Shown here: positions 60,312-64,000 of the stretch, in pieces | Numbering within the stretch: the first letter of the stretch is position 1 | Layout of the letters: every line of letters starts with the position of its first letter | Origin: Eledone cirrhosa | Lineage: Eukaryota | Length of the DNA: 64,000 bases | Direction of reading: 5' to 3' | Assembly: GCA_964016885.1 (NCBI GenBank) | Contig: OZ024740.1 | Location: 61,752,001 to 61,816,000 of the forward strand | Notes under the pieces: model-generated | Told to the model about the DNA's origin: nothing | Seen by the model: the letters and a program-made list of their open reading frames with translations, nothing else | Databases searched by the model: none | Made by a program: the position numbers and the translations under genes

Positions 60312-60864
60312 GCCCAAGCCCAATCACCCCCCCCCCCTCCTCACTCCTCCCCTCTCTTCTGCGACACCAGAGCTCTTGCCTTCCCCTCCCCTTCCTGTTC
60401 TTTTTCTTCTTTCTTTCTCTTTTTTTTCTATATTTCCCTATTCTTTCTTTCCATTTGTTTCCCCTTTTTTTTTTATTTTTTCTTACTTAAGAAAGGATCT
60501 TATATAAAATTGATTACATTGACAATGCAGGTTTGATATAACATATGTCTACTTGGCCCACTGCATCATTGTTACTTATCCAGAAGAATTTCTACCTGTG
60601 TTCTATGCTCAAGAGGAGCCTGCATTTATTCACTTCCACTTCAGCATTTCTACCATTTCTTCAGACCTATCTTTCATCGTGCCAATATTGATTGTGTTTA
60701 CCTTCAAGTTTTGAACCAGAGAAGAAGAAGAGTGTTTCTGTTGGTGATGAGGAAGCTTGCTGTTCATTTTCTATTTCTGAAACCAAGAAATTTGATGGCA
60801 GGCAAGATATAGCCAGATATTTTCACCTCATAAATTATTATTATTATCAATATTATTATTATTT

Positions 60865-63137
60865 AGGACAGTGGATTGGCAGTATCGGTAGAGTGTCAGA
60901 CAACATGCTTCATGGCATAGAGTTACGGCCTTTTACGTTTTGAGTTCAAATCCCTCCAAGATTAGTTTTGCCTTTCATCCTTACGGGTTCATAAAATAAA
61001 GTACCAATAGGGTAGTATAATAAGTAAGGCAATCAAGGATATGAAGACGGGTAAGGCGGCTGGGCCTTCGGAAATAGTTGCTGAGATGCTGAAGGCATCT
61101 GGCACGGTGGGACACACCATGGTCACCCGGATAGTTAACCAAATCGTACAGAATGGGGTTGTTCCAAAGGACTGGCATAGCAGCATCATCGTTAACTGTT
61201 ATAAGGGTAAAGGAGATGCCCTAGATAGGAGTAACTATAGAGGCATTAAATTAATCGACCAGGTCATGAAGGTCACGGAAAAAGTAATAGCGCAACTAAT
61301 CAGAGAGAGAATTGACCTAGATGAAATGCAGTTCGGGTTTGTGTCAGGCAAAAGTACCACAGACGCTCTTTTCATTGTACGACAACTACAGGAGAAGTAC
61401 CTAGCTAAAGGTAAACCCCTCTACTTAGCTTTTGTCGACTTGGAGAAAGCCTTCGACAGAGTCCCCCGTTCCATTATCTGGTGGGCCCTTAGAAAACTAG
61501 GCGTCGACGAATGGCTTGTGAGAGCTATACAAGCCATGTATAAAGAAACAGTGAGCAAGGTTAGAATTAACAATGAATATAGTGAAGAGTTTAGCGTAAA
61601 AGTTGGCGTCTATCAGGGCTCTGTTCTCAGCCCCCTACTATTTATTATTGCCCTTCAGGCTATAACAGAGGAGTTCAAGACCGGCTGCCCATGGGAACTC
61701 CTATACACAGACGACCTAACACTCATAGCTGAATCAATGGCCGAGCTAGAGAAGAAATTCCAAACATGGAAGCACGGCCTAGAATCAAAAGGCCTTAAAA
61801 TTAACCTGGCTAAGACTAAAGTTCTAGTTTGTAAGAAAGAAAATAAGGCGGCAGTCCCTTCCGGGAAATGGCCATGCTCAGTGTGTAGGAAAGGCGTAGG
61901 TAGAAACTCCATTTTATGTCCCAAATGCAAAGTATGGGTGCATAAAAGATGTAGTGGGATCACAGGTAAGCTAACTAAGAACATAGATTTTACATGTGGC
62001 CGGTGCTCTGGTGCAATAAGTAGCAGCAAGTGCCCACAAAATACTAGCTCTTTCAACTGCGCAGAGGGCTCTATAGAAATAGTGGACAGCTTCCGTTACC
62101 TGGGTGACAAAATCAGCAGTGGGGGGGGGGGGTGCTCTGAAAGTACAGTAGCTAGAGTCAGAACGGGATGGAAAAAGTTCAGAGAGCTTATACCACTATT
62201 AGCCGCTAAAGGGTTCTCCCTAAAAATGAAAGGCAGGTTGTATGATGCCTGCATACGAACAGCAATGTTGCATGGCAGTGAGACCTGGGCATTGTGTGCA
62301 GAGGATATACGCAGACTAGAGAGGAACGAAGCTTGCATGCTCCGCTGGATGTGTAATAGTAATATACGTGAACGGCAAAGCATAAACGAACTAAGGAAAA
62401 AATTAGAAATAAGAGGGATCAGATGTTGTTTACTCGAGAGAAGGCTACGTTGGTATGGACATGTGATACGCATGAAAGTCGATAGCTGTATAACAAATTG
62501 CAGGGCAATAAAGATAGACGGTAGCCACGGAATAGGCAGACCTAGAAAAACCTGGGACGAGCTGATAAACTCCGACCCCACACACTTACACCTCTCCAAG
62601 ACAATGTCACTGGACCGAGACCTTTGGCGGTACTCAGTAATAGAGAAGACCCGCCTTACCTATATACATAGTAAAACCTACTACAGTCAGTAGGCATCTC
62701 TAACAAAATACACCCCCGTCCCACCACCCCCACCCATCCACACCGCCCCCTTCTATGTAAAGTTATGTTGGTGCCACACCATCCAGGCCGAAACAAATGA
62801 GATCGTGTAGGTGTCACGACAAAAAAACACACAGTCCACGCTGTAATGTGACCGTGTAGGCAACACAGTAAAAACCTCCCAGACCCACACTGTAAATGTG
62901 GTTGGTGTTAGGAAGGGCATCCAACTGTAGAAAACCTGCCAGACAGTCCTATGCGAGCAAGACAATCACTCTTGCCTCAAGTGGGAAAACCCTGTCCAAA
63001 CCCATGCAAGCGTGGAACACGGACGTTAAACGTTGATGATGATGATGAATGCACTGTGGCCGATTTAATCGACTTTCCCATTCCCCAAAATTGCTGGCCT
63101 TGTGCCTAAAGTAGAAGCAATTATTATTATTATTATT
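60865..63137 (+). mobile_element. tRNA-derived SINE split by an RTE insertion (60865-61008 + 63048-63137)
   Basis: The halves join at AAAGTACC|AATGCACTG to restore the 48.4-49.2 kb consensus. Confidence 0.85.
61010..63047 (+). mobile_element. RTE LINE family A, 5'-truncated, RT ORF open (YTDD)
   Basis: ORF 61041-62693, 3'UTR, (GAT)n tail. Confidence 0.93.
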
Positions 63138-63281
63138 TGAAACTTCGTTTGAATTTTGCTTCTTTCCCAAATCTTGCCGAGTGTCACCTTGACACCTGAG
63201 GCAAAATTTGATAATACACATATTTTACAGTCAATTGTCATACAAATGATGCCGTAAGGGCACAAGCAGCAGTAAATGTTT

Positions 63282-63810
63282 TTAAATTGATAATTCCCTT
63301 CTCAGGACATGGACAGTACCAGTCAGCACTATTTTCTGTATCTCTGAAAGAGATGGCTTTCCAGGTATCTGGTCCAAATATATTTCAGTTCCCCTTTTTA
63401 TCATTCCAAGTGTGCCGATTATCACTGGTATCGTACAGGCCTTAAGATGCCCCATTTTCCCAATTTCAATTGATAGGTCTTTATACTTACTGAGCTTTCC
63501 GAACTCTTTTGAGAAGATGTTATGATCTGATGGAATGCTCATGTCAATTAAGAAACATGTTTCCTCTTTATGGTCCTTCACAATTACTGAGTCCAATGGT
63601 TGATATCTTGTATGATAGCTTGAGCTGGATTATTATTATTCTACCTCTATTTTATCTAGGGAGATAGAGGTGGTCCACATCTGATTTTGGGTGATGTATT
63701 CTATTACAAGTCAAACATTTCCTGATTTTGGTGTCCATTCTCTTAATTTCATTAATGTTCCAATTTATGATATTGAAACTGTAGGTGACAACTGGGATTG
63801 CAAGCTTCCA
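63282..63810 (-). pseudogene. R4/Dong-like non-LTR retrotransposon relic (post-RT region + RLE endonuclease), internally deleted
   Basis: AIPVVTYSF..INW...DTKIRK...HHPKSDVDHLYLPR and D.VI.D...CFLIDMSIP...K..KY.DL...PVIIG.LG. Confidence 0.75.
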
Positions 63811-64000
63811 ATCTAGTAACTCTACAATCTCACATGATTTCCCTTTTATCATTCCATCATTGATTGCGGCAGCTCTGAAGTTTTGAAGTTTGCAAAGAGA
63901 GGGAAGGATCTGGAGGGGTGGGTGATTGGTATTGGATTTGGTTTCCTGTGTCTGGGATGTAGAGAGCTTGCATGGTCTTCCAATCATATTCGTGAACATG

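Noticed and set aside
59326-60830. Host gene exons
   Set aside because: No convincing ORF or splice pattern; short exons cannot be excluded without RNA data

Overview
AT-rich eukaryotic DNA with no recognisable host gene. The repeat landscape suggests a mollusc, probably an octopus-like cephalopod (inference only). Long (TA/TATG)n microsatellites host nested insertions: (i) at least three families of RTE-clade LINEs with a C4HC3 PHD-like finger inside the RT and (GAT)n tails; (ii) two GIY-YIG Penelope-like elements (PLEs), one with an uninterrupted 712-aa ORF, plus a third PLE relic; (iii) tRNA-derived SINEs and CR1/L2-, CRE- and R4/Dong-like LINE relics; (iv) a ~9.8 kb 22-bp satellite with two interspersed variants. 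The most notable signal is a set of unrelated, non-coding fold-back elements, nearly all abutting TA tracts. Most of them, like all three PLEs, carry a type I hammerhead ribozyme motif. I read nine distinct ribozyme sequence families by eye, four with the U3-A8 core covariant. The YI/IY-rich ORFs in the track are microsatellite translations.
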